DNA from: Vicinamibacterales bacterium
Lineage (GTDB): Bacteria; Acidobacteriota; Vicinamibacteria; Vicinamibacterales; UBA8438
Assembly (NCBI GenBank): GCA_965221595.1
Contig: OZ244900.1
Coordinates: 3,576,982 to 3,640,981, forward strand
Reading direction: 5' to 3'
Length of the DNA stretch: 64,000 bases
Both the position numbers and the translations under genes were made by a program. Shown piece after piece: positions 26,619 through 36,342 of the stretch; positions within the stretch are counted from its first letter, which is position 1; every line of letters begins with the position of its first letter. Below the pieces are notes generated by a model, which saw only the letters and a list, made by a program, of their open reading frames with translations, did no database searches and was not told the origin of the DNA.

Positions 26619-28244
26619 ATGAAGCGTTTGGCGATGGTCGCGGTGCTGGCCGGCTGCGCGCAGGCGGCCAGCGGCCAGGAGCCTGCGTCCGGCGCGGCAC
26701 CGTCGTTCTCGCCCGTGACCTGGGAGCGGCTGCTCGACGCGGCGGACGAACCCCACAACTGGCTGATGTACTCCGGCACGTTCAGCAGCCAGCGCTTCAG
26801 CCGACTCGACCAGATAAACGCAGGCAACGCAGGCAATCTCAAGTTGAAGTGGGCCTATCAGATTCCCGTGATCGACCGGGCGGAGACCACCCCGCTCGTC
26901 GTCGACGGCATCATGTTCGTCACGGAGGCGCCCAGCAATCTCGCGGCGATCGATGCGGCCACGGGTGGCGTGTACTGGCGCTACGAGCACGAGCTCCCCG
27001 ACGATCTCCGCATCTGCTGCGGCCGCAACAACCGCGGCGTGGCCGTGCTCGGCAATACGCTGTTCATGAGCACGCTGGACGCACACCTGGTGGCGATTGA
27101 CGCGCGCAGCGGCAACCTCGTCTGGAACACCGAAGTGGCGGAGCATTCGCGGGGCTACAGCAAGACGGCGGCGCCGCTCATCGTGAAGGACAGGGTGGTG
27201 ACCGGCATCGCGGGCGGCGAGTTCGGCATCCGCGGATTCCTCGACTCGTACGACGCCGAGTCCGGTGCACGCGAGTGGCGCACCTACACGATTCCCGGCC
27301 CGGACCATCCGGATAACCGGAGCTGGTCCGGCGATTCCTGGCGTACCGGCGGGTCGCCGACCTGGATCACCGGCTCGTACGATCCGGAGCTCGACCTCGT
27401 CTATTGGGGCACCGGCAACCCCGGACCCGACTACAACGGCGAGATGCGGCTGGGCGACAACCTGTACTCCGACTCAGTGCTCGCCCTCGACGGCGACACC
27501 GGCGAGATGTCCTGGTATTTCCAGTTCACGCCCCACGACGTCCACGACTGGGACGCGATCCAGATCCCGATCCTCGCCGACATCGAGTTCGACGGCCGGC
27601 CGCGCAAGGCCATGCTGTGGGCCAACCGCAACGCCTTCTTCTACGTGCTCGACCGCACGACGGGCGAGTTCCTGCTCGGCGAGCCGTTCGCCCGGCAGAC
27701 CTGGGCCGAGCGGATCGACGACCAGGGCCGGCCGGTGCGGCTGCCCGACACGTTTCCGACGGAGGACGGCACGGTGGTCTCGCCTTCCGTCCTGGGCGGC
27801 ACCAACTGGTGGTCCCCCGCGTACAGCCCCCGCACCGGGCTCTTCTACGTGAACGCCTTCGACGGCGAGGCGGAGTACTTCGTTCGCGAGGACGACTACC
27901 GGGCGGGCGTCCGCTTCATCGGGGGCGGGCAGCAGCAGGTATCGGCGATCGACAACTACGTCAACGCGATTCGGGCCATCGACCCGGCCACCGGCGAGCG
28001 GCGCTGGGAGTTCCGCATCACGCCGCAGTCGCGGGCCGGCGTCCTCGCCACGGCGGGCGATGTAGTCTTCAGCGGCGGCGTCGACGGCTACTTCTTCGCC
28101 CTCGACGCCGAGACCGGCGAGGAGCTGTGGCACATCCAGTTGGGCGCGCTCGTGCAGGCCGCGCCCATCACCTACGCCGTGAACGGGCGGCAGCAGGTCA
28201 CTATTGCCGCGGGCAACGTGGTGTACACGTTCGGTCTGGACTGA
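26619..28244 (+). CDS. PQQ-dependent alcohol dehydrogenase (methanol/ethanol family)
   Basis: 541 aa with a signal peptide. It has the vicinal disulfide CCG (DLRICCGRNN), the motif GGT.W, and HDVHDWD around the catalytic Asp. It starts 4 nt after the cytochrome c stop. Confidence 0.9.
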   Translation: MKRLAMVAVLAGCAQAASGQEPASGAAPSFSPVTWERLLDAADEPHNWLMYSGTFSSQRFSRLDQINAGNAGNLKLKWAYQIPVIDRAETTPLVVDGIMFVTEAPSNLAAIDAATGGVYWRYEHELPDDLRICCGRNNRGVAVLGNTLFMSTLDAHLVAIDARSGNLVWNTEVAEHSRGYSKTAAPLIVKDRVVTGIAGGEFGIRGFLDSYDAESGAREWRTYTIPGPDHPDNRSWSGDSWRTGGSPTWITGSYDPELDLVYWGTGNPGPDYNGEMRLGDNLYSDSVLALDGDTGEMSWYFQFTPHDVHDWDAIQIPILADIEFDGRPRKAMLWANRNAFFYVLDRTTGEFLLGEPFARQTWAERIDDQGRPVRLPDTFPTEDGTVVSPSVLGGTNWWSPAYSPRTGLFYVNAFDGEAEYFVREDDYRAGVRFIGGGQQQVSAIDNYVNAIRAIDPATGERRWEFRITPQSRAGVLATAGDVVFSGGVDGYFFALDAETGEELWHIQLGALVQAAPITYAVNGRQQVTIAAGNVVYTFGLD

Positions 28245-28351
28245 GGTCTTTGCATGAAGCTCGACCGCCGGAACGCACGCCGGTCGCTGGTGGGCTCCCA
28301 CGGCCTGTTCGTCGACGTGTTCCACCCCGTCCGGGAGGACTGCCGGGCGTG

Positions 28352-30418
28352 ATGGGGGCCGGCTCGCGCGCGATCCGTTACCGGCTCTGCCGCACCGCCG
28401 TCGTCGCCGGCGCCTGGGCCGTGCTCGGGGCGGGCGGGCCGGGCGCGCCACAGGCTGCCGCGCAGCCGCCGGGGCAGCCCGCAACCGCGGCTCCCGTGCC
28501 GTCGCCCCGCAACGCCAACTACTCCATCGACGTCCAGCTCGACACGGAGACGCGACAGCTCCACGGCCGCCAGGTGTTGACGTGGCGCAACACGTCGGTC
28601 ATCGCCACTGCCGAGCTGCGGCTCCATCTCTACTACAACGCGTGGAAGAACACGAAGTCGACGTGGATGCGCGAACGTCGGCTGCGGGCCGGTGGCCGCG
28701 GGCTGCGCGACCGCCCGGCATCCGACTGGGGCTGGATCGACGTGGCGGCGGTTCGCCTGCCCGGCGCGGGCGACGCGCCGGCGACCGATCTGACGAGCCG
28801 CATTTCGCATATCGCTCCGGACGACGGGAACCCCGACGACGAGACCGTGCTCGTCGTGCCCCTGCCGGAACGGGTTTTTCCCGGCGAGTCGATCGAGATC
28901 GAGATCGAGTGGACGTCGCAGGTCCCGCGTCCCTTCGCGCGCACGGGCGTCGTCGGCGACTACTACTTCATCGCCCAGTGGTTCCCGAAGGTCGGGGTGC
29001 TCGAGGACAGCGGATGGAACTGCCACCAGTTCCACGCAGCCACCGAGTTTTTCGCGGACTACGGCGTCTATGACGTCCGAATTACGGTCCCGGCGGGCTG
29101 GGTCGTCGGCGCCACCGGCGTCGAACAGAGCGTCGTCGACAACGGCGACGGCACGAGCACCCACCGCTACTACCAGGAAGACGTCCACGACTTCGCCTGG
29201 ACCACGAGCCCCGACTTCCTCGAGCGGCGCGAGCGGTTCGAGCACCCGACGCTGCCCGCCGTCGACATGCGCCTGCTGCTCCAGCCCGAACATGTCGGCC
29301 AGGAGGCGCGCCACTTCGAAGCGACCCGGCAGGCGCTGCGGTACTTCGGCGAGTGGTTCGGTGCGTACCCGTACCCGCAGATCACGCTGGTCGACCCCGT
29401 GTGGCGCAGCCGCACGGGCGGCATGGAGTATCCCACCCTGTTCACCGCGGGCACGCGCTGGCTGGCGCCGGCCGCCGTGGGGACGCCCGAGGAGGTGACC
29501 GTCCACGAGGCGGGGCACCAGTTCTGGTACGGGATCGTCGGCAACAACGAGTTCGAGCACGCGTGGATCGACGAAGGACTTACCACGTTCGCCACCGCGC
29601 GGGTGATGGACGCGTTCTTCACGGAGCACCACCGCTCGACACGACTGTTCGGCGGGTTCGTGCCGTGGGTCTTCCGCCACGTCCCGTGGTCGCGCGCGGT
29701 CGACGGCAACCGCATGACCGGGTACCGCCGCAACGCGAGCATGGACGTCCCGGCCCGGCCCACGTACCGCTACTGGCCTGCCACCGCGAGCAGCATCTCC
29801 TACAACAAGACCGCGCTCTGGCTGCATACGCTGGAGCGCTATCTCGGCTGGCCCGTGCTGCGGCAGGGCATGGCCGCCTTCCACGAACGGTGGCGGTTCG
29901 GTCATCCCACACCGGACGACTTCTTCGACAGCATCAGCCAGGCGAGCAACGGCGACCTCGACTGGTTTTTCGACCAGGTCCACGGAACCGCCAGGGTCTT
30001 CGACTACGGCGTGCAGGCGCTGACGAGCCGGCGCGCCGACGGCCGGGGCTTCTTCGGCGCAGCCGGCGAGGCGAGCTTCGCCGAGCACGCGGACGAGGAC
30101 GGATACGAGACGACCGTCGTCGTGCGCCGCTACGGTGAAGGCGTCTTTCCCGTCGAGGTGCTGACCGAGTTCGAGGACGGTCATGCGGAGCGGGAGCTGT
30201 GGGACGGCGCGGAACGGTGGACGTCGTACACCTACCGCCGCGACGCACGAGCGACGCAGGCCTTCGTCGATCCGGATCGCATCCTGTTGCTCGACGGCAA
30301 CTACACCAACAACAGCCGCACGCTCGCGCCGCAGGCGACGGCGGCGGCGACCCGCTGGAGCCTGCGCTGGCTGGTCTGGCTGCAGGACCTGCTGCTCACG
30401 TACGGGTTCTTCATTTGA
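28352..30418 (+). CDS. M1-family zinc metallopeptidase, secreted
   Basis: Part of ORF 27404..30418. ATG 28352 has a GGGAGGA SD. The motif HEAGHQFWYG-x-VGNNEFEHAWIDEG is the HExxH-x18-E zinc signature. Confidence 0.85.
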   Translation: MGAGSRAIRYRLCRTAVVAGAWAVLGAGGPGAPQAAAQPPGQPATAAPVPSPRNANYSIDVQLDTETRQLHGRQVLTWRNTSVIATAELRLHLYYNAWKNTKSTWMRERRLRAGGRGLRDRPASDWGWIDVAAVRLPGAGDAPATDLTSRISHIAPDDGNPDDETVLVVPLPERVFPGESIEIEIEWTSQVPRPFARTGVVGDYYFIAQWFPKVGVLEDSGWNCHQFHAATEFFADYGVYDVRITVPAGWVVGATGVEQSVVDNGDGTSTHRYYQEDVHDFAWTTSPDFLERRERFEHPTLPAVDMRLLLQPEHVGQEARHFEATRQALRYFGEWFGAYPYPQITLVDPVWRSRTGGMEYPTLFTAGTRWLAPAAVGTPEEVTVHEAGHQFWYGIVGNNEFEHAWIDEGLTTFATARVMDAFFTEHHRSTRLFGGFVPWVFRHVPWSRAVDGNRMTGYRRNASMDVPARPTYRYWPATASSISYNKTALWLHTLERYLGWPVLRQGMAAFHERWRFGHPTPDDFFDSISQASNGDLDWFFDQVHGTARVFDYGVQALTSRRADGRGFFGAAGEASFAEHADEDGYETTVVVRRYGEGVFPVEVLTEFEDGHAERELWDGAERWTSYTYRRDARATQAFVDPDRILLLDGNYTNNSRTLAPQATAAATRWSLRWLVWLQDLLLTYGFFI

Positions 30419-31440
30419 TCCGCGCACTCTTCGACGGCATCGGGCGTGTCCTGGGCGCACCTGTGCTCGTGGCCGGCGTCTACCTGGTGACCCTGCTTCT
30501 GGCGGCGCCGCTCGCCCTGGCCCTGCATGACGCCATCGCAGCGCACCTGGGGGCGAGTGTGGCGGCCGACCAGGTGGCCGGCGGCGTGCACTGGGAGTGG
30601 TGGGAGGAGTTCCAGGCGCAGGCGCGGGGGTTCGAGCGCACCTTCACGCCGTCGATCATCGGCTTCGGCGCGGTCCTGACCAACCTGAGCGCGTTCGTCG
30701 ACGGCGCCGTGCCCTCCGGCGGACTGGCGGTCGCCGTGGCCTTCTACCTGGCGGCCTGGACCTTCCTCGCCGGCGGCATCCTGGATCGCCTGGCGCGCCG
30801 CCGGCGGCTGGGGGCCGCCGCGTTCTTCGCCGCCTGCGGCACGTACTTCTTCCGCTTCCTGCGCCTGGCCGTCGTTGCGGGGCTGGTCTATTGGCTGCTG
30901 TTCGATCGGTTCCACACCTGGCTGTTCGAGGATCTCTACCGGGACGTGACGCGCGACGTCACCGTGGAGCGCACCGCATTCGTCATCCGGATCGCGGGCT
31001 ACGCCGTGTTCGGCGCACTCGTGCTGCCTGTCAACTTGCTGTTCGACTACGCAAAGATTCGGGCCGTGGTCGAAGACCGCCGCAGCATGCTCGGGGCCCT
31101 GCTGGCAGCCGGCCGCTTCGTGCGCCGGCGCCCATTTTCGACCGGCGGGCTGTACGTGCTCAACGCCGGGCTGTTCGGGCTTCTGCTGGCGGGGTACGCC
31201 GCCGTCGATCCCGGTGTCGGCGCGCCGGACGCGACGTCGCAGTGGACGGCGCTGCTCGTCGGTCAGGCGTACGTGCTGGCACGGGTGGCGACCAAGCTGG
31301 TCTTTCTCGCGTCGCAGACCGCGTACTTCCAGGGCCAGCTCGCCCGCCCCGGCTACGTGGCCGCGCCGGACCCCGCACCACCCGCCGCGGAGACCCCCGC
31401 CGCCACCGCGCACGACGTCGGCCAGCCCCCTGCTTCCTGA
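30415..31440 (+). CDS. polytopic membrane protein of unknown function
   Basis: Part of ORF 30199..31440. The probable TTG start at 30415 overlaps the peptidase stop. Multiple hydrophobic helices are present. The start codon is uncertain. Confidence 0.55.
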   Translation: MIRALFDGIGRVLGAPVLVAGVYLVTLLLAAPLALALHDAIAAHLGASVAADQVAGGVHWEWWEEFQAQARGFERTFTPSIIGFGAVLTNLSAFVDGAVPSGGLAVAVAFYLAAWTFLAGGILDRLARRRRLGAAAFFAACGTYFFRFLRLAVVAGLVYWLLFDRFHTWLFEDLYRDVTRDVTVERTAFVIRIAGYAVFGALVLPVNLLFDYAKIRAVVEDRRSMLGALLAAGRFVRRRPFSTGGLYVLNAGLFGLLLAGYAAVDPGVGAPDATSQWTALLVGQAYVLARVATKLVFLASQTAYFQGQLARPGYVAAPDPAPPAAETPAATAHDVGQPPAS

Positions 31441-31556
31441 GCTATTGCGCGGGCGGTTCGGCGCTTGGACCGGCGGCGGACCGTTGTGGTACAAGGGAAG
31501 CATGGTCGCGAATCGCGCGGGTCGTTCTTGTCCGGTGGAGGTCACCATGCATGTGC

Positions 31557-31719
31557 CTGGCAACCCGTGGCAACAGTCCCCGCTAAATTCGATGGGCGCT
31601 GCATCCCGCCTGACTGCGTTGCTCCTCGGTCGAAAAGACCCAATAGGCTCCGTCGTCGCGCCTGGGCAGGCGGGCGCCTCGCCCGTCTCGGTGCAACGCA
31701 GGGTTTCACCACGGGCTGC
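31557..31719 (+). repeat. full-length copy A of the dispersed ~165-bp intergenic repeat
   Basis: ctggcaacccgtggcaacagtccccgc...gggcgctgcatcccgcctgactgcgttgctc...cgcccgtctcggtgcaacgcagggtttcaccacgggctgc. By eye it is about 80% identical to copy B. Confidence 0.85.
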
Positions 31720-32452
31720 CAGCGTTCGAGCTGCGTTGGTTGCGTGCGTGCTGTCGAGTCTGTCGGCCGTGGTGCCGCCGGCGGCGGCGGGCCAGACCGC
31801 TCAGGAACTGGAACGCGACGTGCGGGAAGCCTTCCGCGGCGAGCGCGACCTGCGCCGCATCAAGGTGACGGTCGCAGGCAGCGAGGCCACGCTGACGGGT
31901 CTGGTCGAGTCCTTCTGGGTCAAGCACCAGGCGATCGAGCGGGCCCTCGACGTCGACGGCATCGAGACCGTCGCCAGCGAGCTGGAACTGCCCGAGCCCG
32001 AGGACGACAACGACCTGGCGCAGGAAGTCGCCAGGGTCGTCCAGCGCTATCCGCACTACACCATCTGGGACTTCATCAACGGCCGGGTACAGAACGGCAA
32101 CGTCCGGCTCGCCGGGTGGGTGACGCCCGACCGCGACAAGAGCGGCGACCTGTTCGAGCGTGTGGCGAAGATCGAGGGCGTGCAGGACGTCCAGAGCACC
32201 ATCGAGACCCTGTCGACGTCGCAGGGCGACCGTCGGCTGCGCAATTCCATTCTGCGCCAGCTTGCCCGCAACGTGCACTTCGAGCGGCTCGCGCGGATGC
32301 CGAACCCGCCGTTCCACATCGTCATCAACAACGGCATCGTGCTGCTCGTGGGCTACGTGCAGGGCCAGGCCGAGCTGATCGAGATGCAGCGCATCGTGGG
32401 CCAGACGCAGGGCGTGCTGCGCGTCGAGAACCAGCTCCAGACCATCCGCTGA
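31691..32452 (+). CDS. BON-domain protein (three BON repeats), secreted
   Basis: Part of ORF 31214..32452. Repeated units contain ...V.V.V.G..V.L.G.V....... The start is uncertain. GTG 31691 gives signal MQRRVSPRAASVRAALVACVLSSLSAVVPPAAAGQ but lies inside repeat copy A; TTG 31736 is an alternative. Confidence 0.7.
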   Translation: MQRRVSPRAASVRAALVACVLSSLSAVVPPAAAGQTAQELERDVREAFRGERDLRRIKVTVAGSEATLTGLVESFWVKHQAIERALDVDGIETVASELELPEPEDDNDLAQEVARVVQRYPHYTIWDFINGRVQNGNVRLAGWVTPDRDKSGDLFERVAKIEGVQDVQSTIETLSTSQGDRRLRNSILRQLARNVHFERLARMPNPPFHIVINNGIVLLVGYVQGQAELIEMQRIVGQTQGVLRVENQLQTIR

Positions 32453-32467
32453 CCGTCGCCCTCACCG

Positions 32468-32633
32468 TTCAGGGCCGGTGGCACAAGTCCCCGCTGCATG
32501 CGACGGGCGCTGCATCCCGCCTGACTGCGTTGCTCGCCGGTCGAATAGGCCCAATCGGCTCCCTCGTCGCGCCTTGCCAGGCCGGCGCCGCGCCCGTCTC
32601 GGTGCGACGCCGGCTTTCACCAGCAGCTGCTAG
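32468..32633 (+). repeat. full-length copy B of the dispersed ~165-bp intergenic repeat
   Basis: ggccggtggcacaagtccccgc...gggcgctgcatcccgcctgactgcgttgctc...cgcccgtctcggtgcgacgccggctttcaccagcagctgctag. Confidence 0.85.
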
Positions 32634-32667
32634 TGATATTGCGTCTCAGTTACAGAAACGCTAGGAT
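32634..32667 (+). promoter_or_regulatory. bfd promoter candidate with an overlapping TGATAT-tgcg-TCTCA box (Fur-box-like)
   Basis: The box spans 32634-32648. The promoter is TTGCGT (32639-44), 17 nt, TAGGAT (32662-67). ATG 32677 follows without an SD. Confidence 0.4.
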
Positions 32668-32676
32668 CTGTTTCCC

Positions 32677-32928
32677 ATGCAGTTGGCGGTCGAGCCCCGG
32701 GTCACTCAGCAGCCGGCGCCTCGCGAAGGCCGGTACGTCTGCGCCTGCCTGCGGATCACCGAGCGCGAGCTGCTGGGTACGCTGGCGAGCACGAACGTGC
32801 GCACCCTGCAGGACCTGCGGCGCACCATCGGCGCCGGCGACGGCTGCACGGCGTGCCACCCCGCGCTGCAGCGCTACCTGGACACGGCTGGTCAGCCGTC
32901 GTGTCCGCCCATCTGCTCCGCCAGGTAG
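32677..32928 (+). CDS. bfd: Bfd-like [2Fe-2S]-binding domain protein (bacterioferritin-associated ferredoxin)
   Basis: 83 aa with the Cys pattern C-x-C ... C-x2-C (YVCACLRITEREL...GDGCTACHP). Confidence 0.8.
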   Translation: MQLAVEPRVTQQPAPREGRYVCACLRITERELLGTLASTNVRTLQDLRRTIGAGDGCTACHPALQRYLDTAGQPSCPPICSAR

Positions 32929-33371
32929 TTCTGGATGCCGACCTTCTCGATGCGGAAGAGCTGCGTCTCCAGCCAGTCGACGTGCTCCTCCGACTCGACG
33001 AGAATCGGCGCCGCCAGCTCGCGCGTGGCGTTGTCGCCCAGCCTCACGCACAGCTCGACCAGCGCGTTGTAGTGCGTGACGCCCTGCATCTCGAGCTTCA
33101 GGTCGTTCTCGAACTGCTCCTTCACGTCGGTGCCCACGCGGATGACGTCGTAGCGTGCGATCTCGGGCACCCCTTCCAGGAACAGGATGCGCTCGATCAG
33201 CTTCTCCGCATGCTTCATCTCGCCGATCGACTCCTCGTGGTGCTTCTTCGCCAGGTGGTGGAAGCCCCAGTCGGCGCACATCTTCGACTGGCAGAAGTAC
33301 TGGTTGATGGCTGTGAGCTCGACCGTGAGCGCCCGGTTCAGTCCGTCGATGATCTCCGCTTGGCCTTTCAC
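32892..33371 (-). CDS. bfr: bacterioferritin
   Basis: 159 aa: MKGQAEIIDGLNRALTVELTAINQYFCQSKMCADWGF...EESIGEMKHAEKLIERILFLEG. It has a GGAGGAG SD. The 3' end overlaps bfd by 37 nt. Confidence 0.95.
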   Translation of the reverse strand: MKGQAEIIDGLNRALTVELTAINQYFCQSKMCADWGFHHLAKKHHEESIGEMKHAEKLIERILFLEGVPEIARYDVIRVGTDVKEQFENDLKLEMQGVTHYNALVELCVRLGDNATRELAAPILVESEEHVDWLETQLFRIEKVGIQNYLAEQMGGHDG

Positions 33372-33494
33372 TGACTCCTCCTTCGCTGTCCCGCGGAATA
33401 CCGCGTACTCTCGACGCTAGCACGCCGGCGGGGCCCGGAGGTGAGACTGAGACTCGGTCGCAGCCGAAAGTTCGGGCGCCGCACGTCGGACACC

Positions 33495-34526
33495 TCAAAA
33501 ACCGATGACCAGCGCGGTACGGACGATGGTGTCGAGCCGGCCCTTGCGGACCTGACCCGCTCCGACGCGGATGGCCGCGCCGCCCGCGGCCACTGTCTCG
33601 AACAGCTCGTCCCCGCTACCTGCGACGCCGTCCGGGTCGACCAGCCGCGCCCGCGCGATGACGGCCACATCCTCGGGCGCCGGGTCGTTCTCGTACAGCA
33701 ATTGCAGGCTGACCCGCAGGGCCAGGTGGCTGCCCAGGTCGACGCCCAGGGCGCCCACCGTGTTGAGCGAGTTGTCGGCGGCGTCGGTGAGGTTGACGTT
33801 GGCCGTCAGCTCGTGCTCGACAACCGTCGCAGCGCCCACCTGGTGGCGGTACTCCCAGCCTAGCCGGGCGCCGCCGAAGCGGGCGTCCTTGCGGGGATCG
33901 GGCGCCGCCTCGCGGCGGTCCGTGTAGCTGGCGGCATAGGTGGTGGCGAAACGCAGCGTCTCGCTATCGCGCCACACGTTGCCCACGCCCGCGAACGCGG
34001 TGTAGCGGCTGAGGATGCCGGCGTCCGTGTTACGGTCCCAGCTCCCCCCGGCATTCCAGAAGAAGCGGCTGCCGATCTCCACATCGTAGCGTCCGGAGAC
34101 GAGGTAGTTCTCGACGTCCGGCTCCCGCTCCGGCTCGACCAGGCGCGTGCTCGTCGCGTCCGGAGACCCGTCGACCGGAAACCTGACTCCCGGCTCAACG
34201 AGCAGGTAGCGGTCGTCGGCCGTGCCGGACCGGATGCCGTTCAGCCGCAGCTGGAAGCGCGAGGACTCGCTGCCGTGGCGCAGCGTGTTGCCGAAGCCGA
34301 GCGTCCGGGCCGCAGAGTTGCCCGCGGTGAGGGCCAGACTGAGTTCGGTCTCGTTGTTCCAGCCGCGCGCCGGCGGCGGTGGCTCCTGCGCGCGAGCGGG
34401 GCCGGCGTGCCAGACGCAGACCAGGCCGAGCACCGCGACGAGGCCCAGGGGACAGTCTGACCACGACGTCGAGACGGTCGAGCGACCGGGAGGGGCGCTC
34501 CCGGAAAACGCCGGGCGGCCGACCAC
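33495..34526 (-). CDS. DUF481-family outer-membrane beta-barrel protein
   Basis: C-terminal part of ORF 33495..35225. Signal-like ...[22 protein letters not shown] is followed by [15 protein letters not shown]... and a terminal ...TALVIGF. The start is uncertain; GTG 34526 is my best guess. Confidence 0.65.
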   Translation of the reverse strand: MVGRPAFSGSAPPGRSTVSTSWSDCPLGLVAVLGLVCVWHAGPARAQEPPPPARGWNNETELSLALTAGNSAARTLGFGNTLRHGSESSRFQLRLNGIRSGTADDRYLLVEPGVRFPVDGSPDATSTRLVEPEREPDVENYLVSGRYDVEIGSRFFWNAGGSWDRNTDAGILSRYTAFAGVGNVWRDSETLRFATTYAASYTDRREAAPDPRKDARFGGARLGWEYRHQVGAATVVEHELTANVNLTDAADNSLNTVGALGVDLGSHLALRVSLQLLYENDPAPEDVAVIARARLVDPDGVAGSGDELFETVAAGGAAIRVGAGQVRKGRLDTIVRTALVIGF

Positions 34527-34564
34527 CGCTCGGGTCCCAGGCAGGCGTCGGGTAGCCCGCGGCT

Positions 34565-35227
<663 letters not shown>

Positions 35228-35297
35228 GGCCGCAGGTGATTGATGGTAACCTGGTACATCACCATCAGGATAGCAGGCTGAAGCCGGGGAGGCAGTC

Positions 35298-36326
35298 GTG
35301 GGCCGACGATTCACCGCGAACATCCCGTCACAACGGATCACGCCGCCCGAGGTCTTCTTCAATCGGCGCAAGTTCCTGTCGGCCCTGGGACTGGGCGTGC
35401 TGGCGACGCCCTTCGCCGCGTGCGCCGCGGGAGCTTCCCAGGCCCGCGCGCAGTCGTCACTTCTGGAGGTGCCGCTGAGCCGCCCGGACGTCTTCCCGAC
35501 GCAGCGCAACGCCGCCTTCGCCGCGCCGCCGGGGGCCATCGGCCGGCAGGCCATGACGCCGCGCGACGTGGCCGCGTCCCACAACAACTTCTACGAATTC
35601 CTCTCCGGCCGCGGCGGTCCGGTCTGGCAGTTCTGCGGCGACTTCGAAGTGGAGCCGTGGCAGATCGAGATCACCGGCGAGTGCAACAACCCGCTGACGC
35701 TCGATCTGGACGACCTGTTCGCCTTCGACCACGAGGAACGTGTCTACCACTTCCGTTGCGTGGAACGCTGGGCGATGAACGTGCCCTGGTCCGGCTTCCC
35801 GCTGCGCAAGCTGATCGAGCAGGCCGACCCGAACGCCAACGCCCGCTACGTCCGCTTCGAGACCGCCGTGAAGGAAGAGCAGATGCCCGGGGTGAGCGGT
35901 TCGCCCTGGTACCCGTGGCCGTATCACGAGGCGTTGCGCCTCGACGAGGCGATGAACGATCTGGCCCTGGTGGTCACCGGGGTGTACGGCGAGCCGCTGC
36001 TCCGCCAGCACGGCGCGCCGGTGCGCATCATCGTGCCCTGGAAGTACGGCTACAAGAGTCCGAAGTCCATCGCGCGGATCGAGTTCGTGCGAGACGAGCC
36101 GTCCATCTTCTGGCAGGTCCAGCCCCACGAGTACGGCTTCATCTCGAACGTCAACCCGAACATCCCGCACCCCCGCTGGCCGCAGAACATCTCCTACTGG
36201 CTCGACACGGAGGAGACGTTCGCCACGCCCATCTACAACGGGTACGACGAGTACGTCGCGGGTCTCTACCCGGACGAGCCGCGCACGCCGCAGCGACCCC
36301 TCCGACCAGGTCAGGCGGCACGCTGA
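35298..36326 (+). CDS. msrP: protein-methionine-sulfoxide reductase catalytic subunit MsrP (YedY-type molybdoenzyme), Tat signal
   Basis: 342 aa. GTG start with a GGGGAGG SD. Features are the Tat signal [21 protein letters not shown], then NNFYEF and the molybdopterin oxidoreductase fold. Confidence 0.9.
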   Translation: MGRRFTANIPSQRITPPEVFFNRRKFLSALGLGVLATPFAACAAGASQARAQSSLLEVPLSRPDVFPTQRNAAFAAPPGAIGRQAMTPRDVAASHNNFYEFLSGRGGPVWQFCGDFEVEPWQIEITGECNNPLTLDLDDLFAFDHEERVYHFRCVERWAMNVPWSGFPLRKLIEQADPNANARYVRFETAVKEEQMPGVSGSPWYPWPYHEALRLDEAMNDLALVVTGVYGEPLLRQHGAPVRIIVPWKYGYKSPKSIARIEFVRDEPSIFWQVQPHEYGFISNVNPNIPHPRWPQNISYWLDTEETFATPIYNGYDEYVAGLYPDEPRTPQRPLRPGQAAR

Positions 36327-36342
36327 CGGCGGAGCCGGGGCC

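Noticed and set aside
25413-27308. 631-aa minus-strand ORF; similar long antisense ORFs at 2721..4163, 5473..7041, 9695..10810, 28172..30460, 36151..37749, 41927..43840, 55406..56833 and 56869..58197
   Set aside because: All lie antisense to genes with clear family motifs and have the R/A/G/P/D-biased composition of non-coding frames in high-GC DNA.
28254-28352. The small ORF next to the PQQ dehydrogenase as a PqqA precursor
   Set aside because: It lacks the conserved E-x3-Y PqqA motif, and no pqqBCDE genes are nearby. I kept it only as a low-interest uORF.
33442-33453. The TGAGAC tandem upstream of bfr as a definite Fur box
   Set aside because: It is a direct repeat rather than the palindromic form seen at the other three sites. 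I could not define the bfr promoter, so I use it only as weak supporting evidence.
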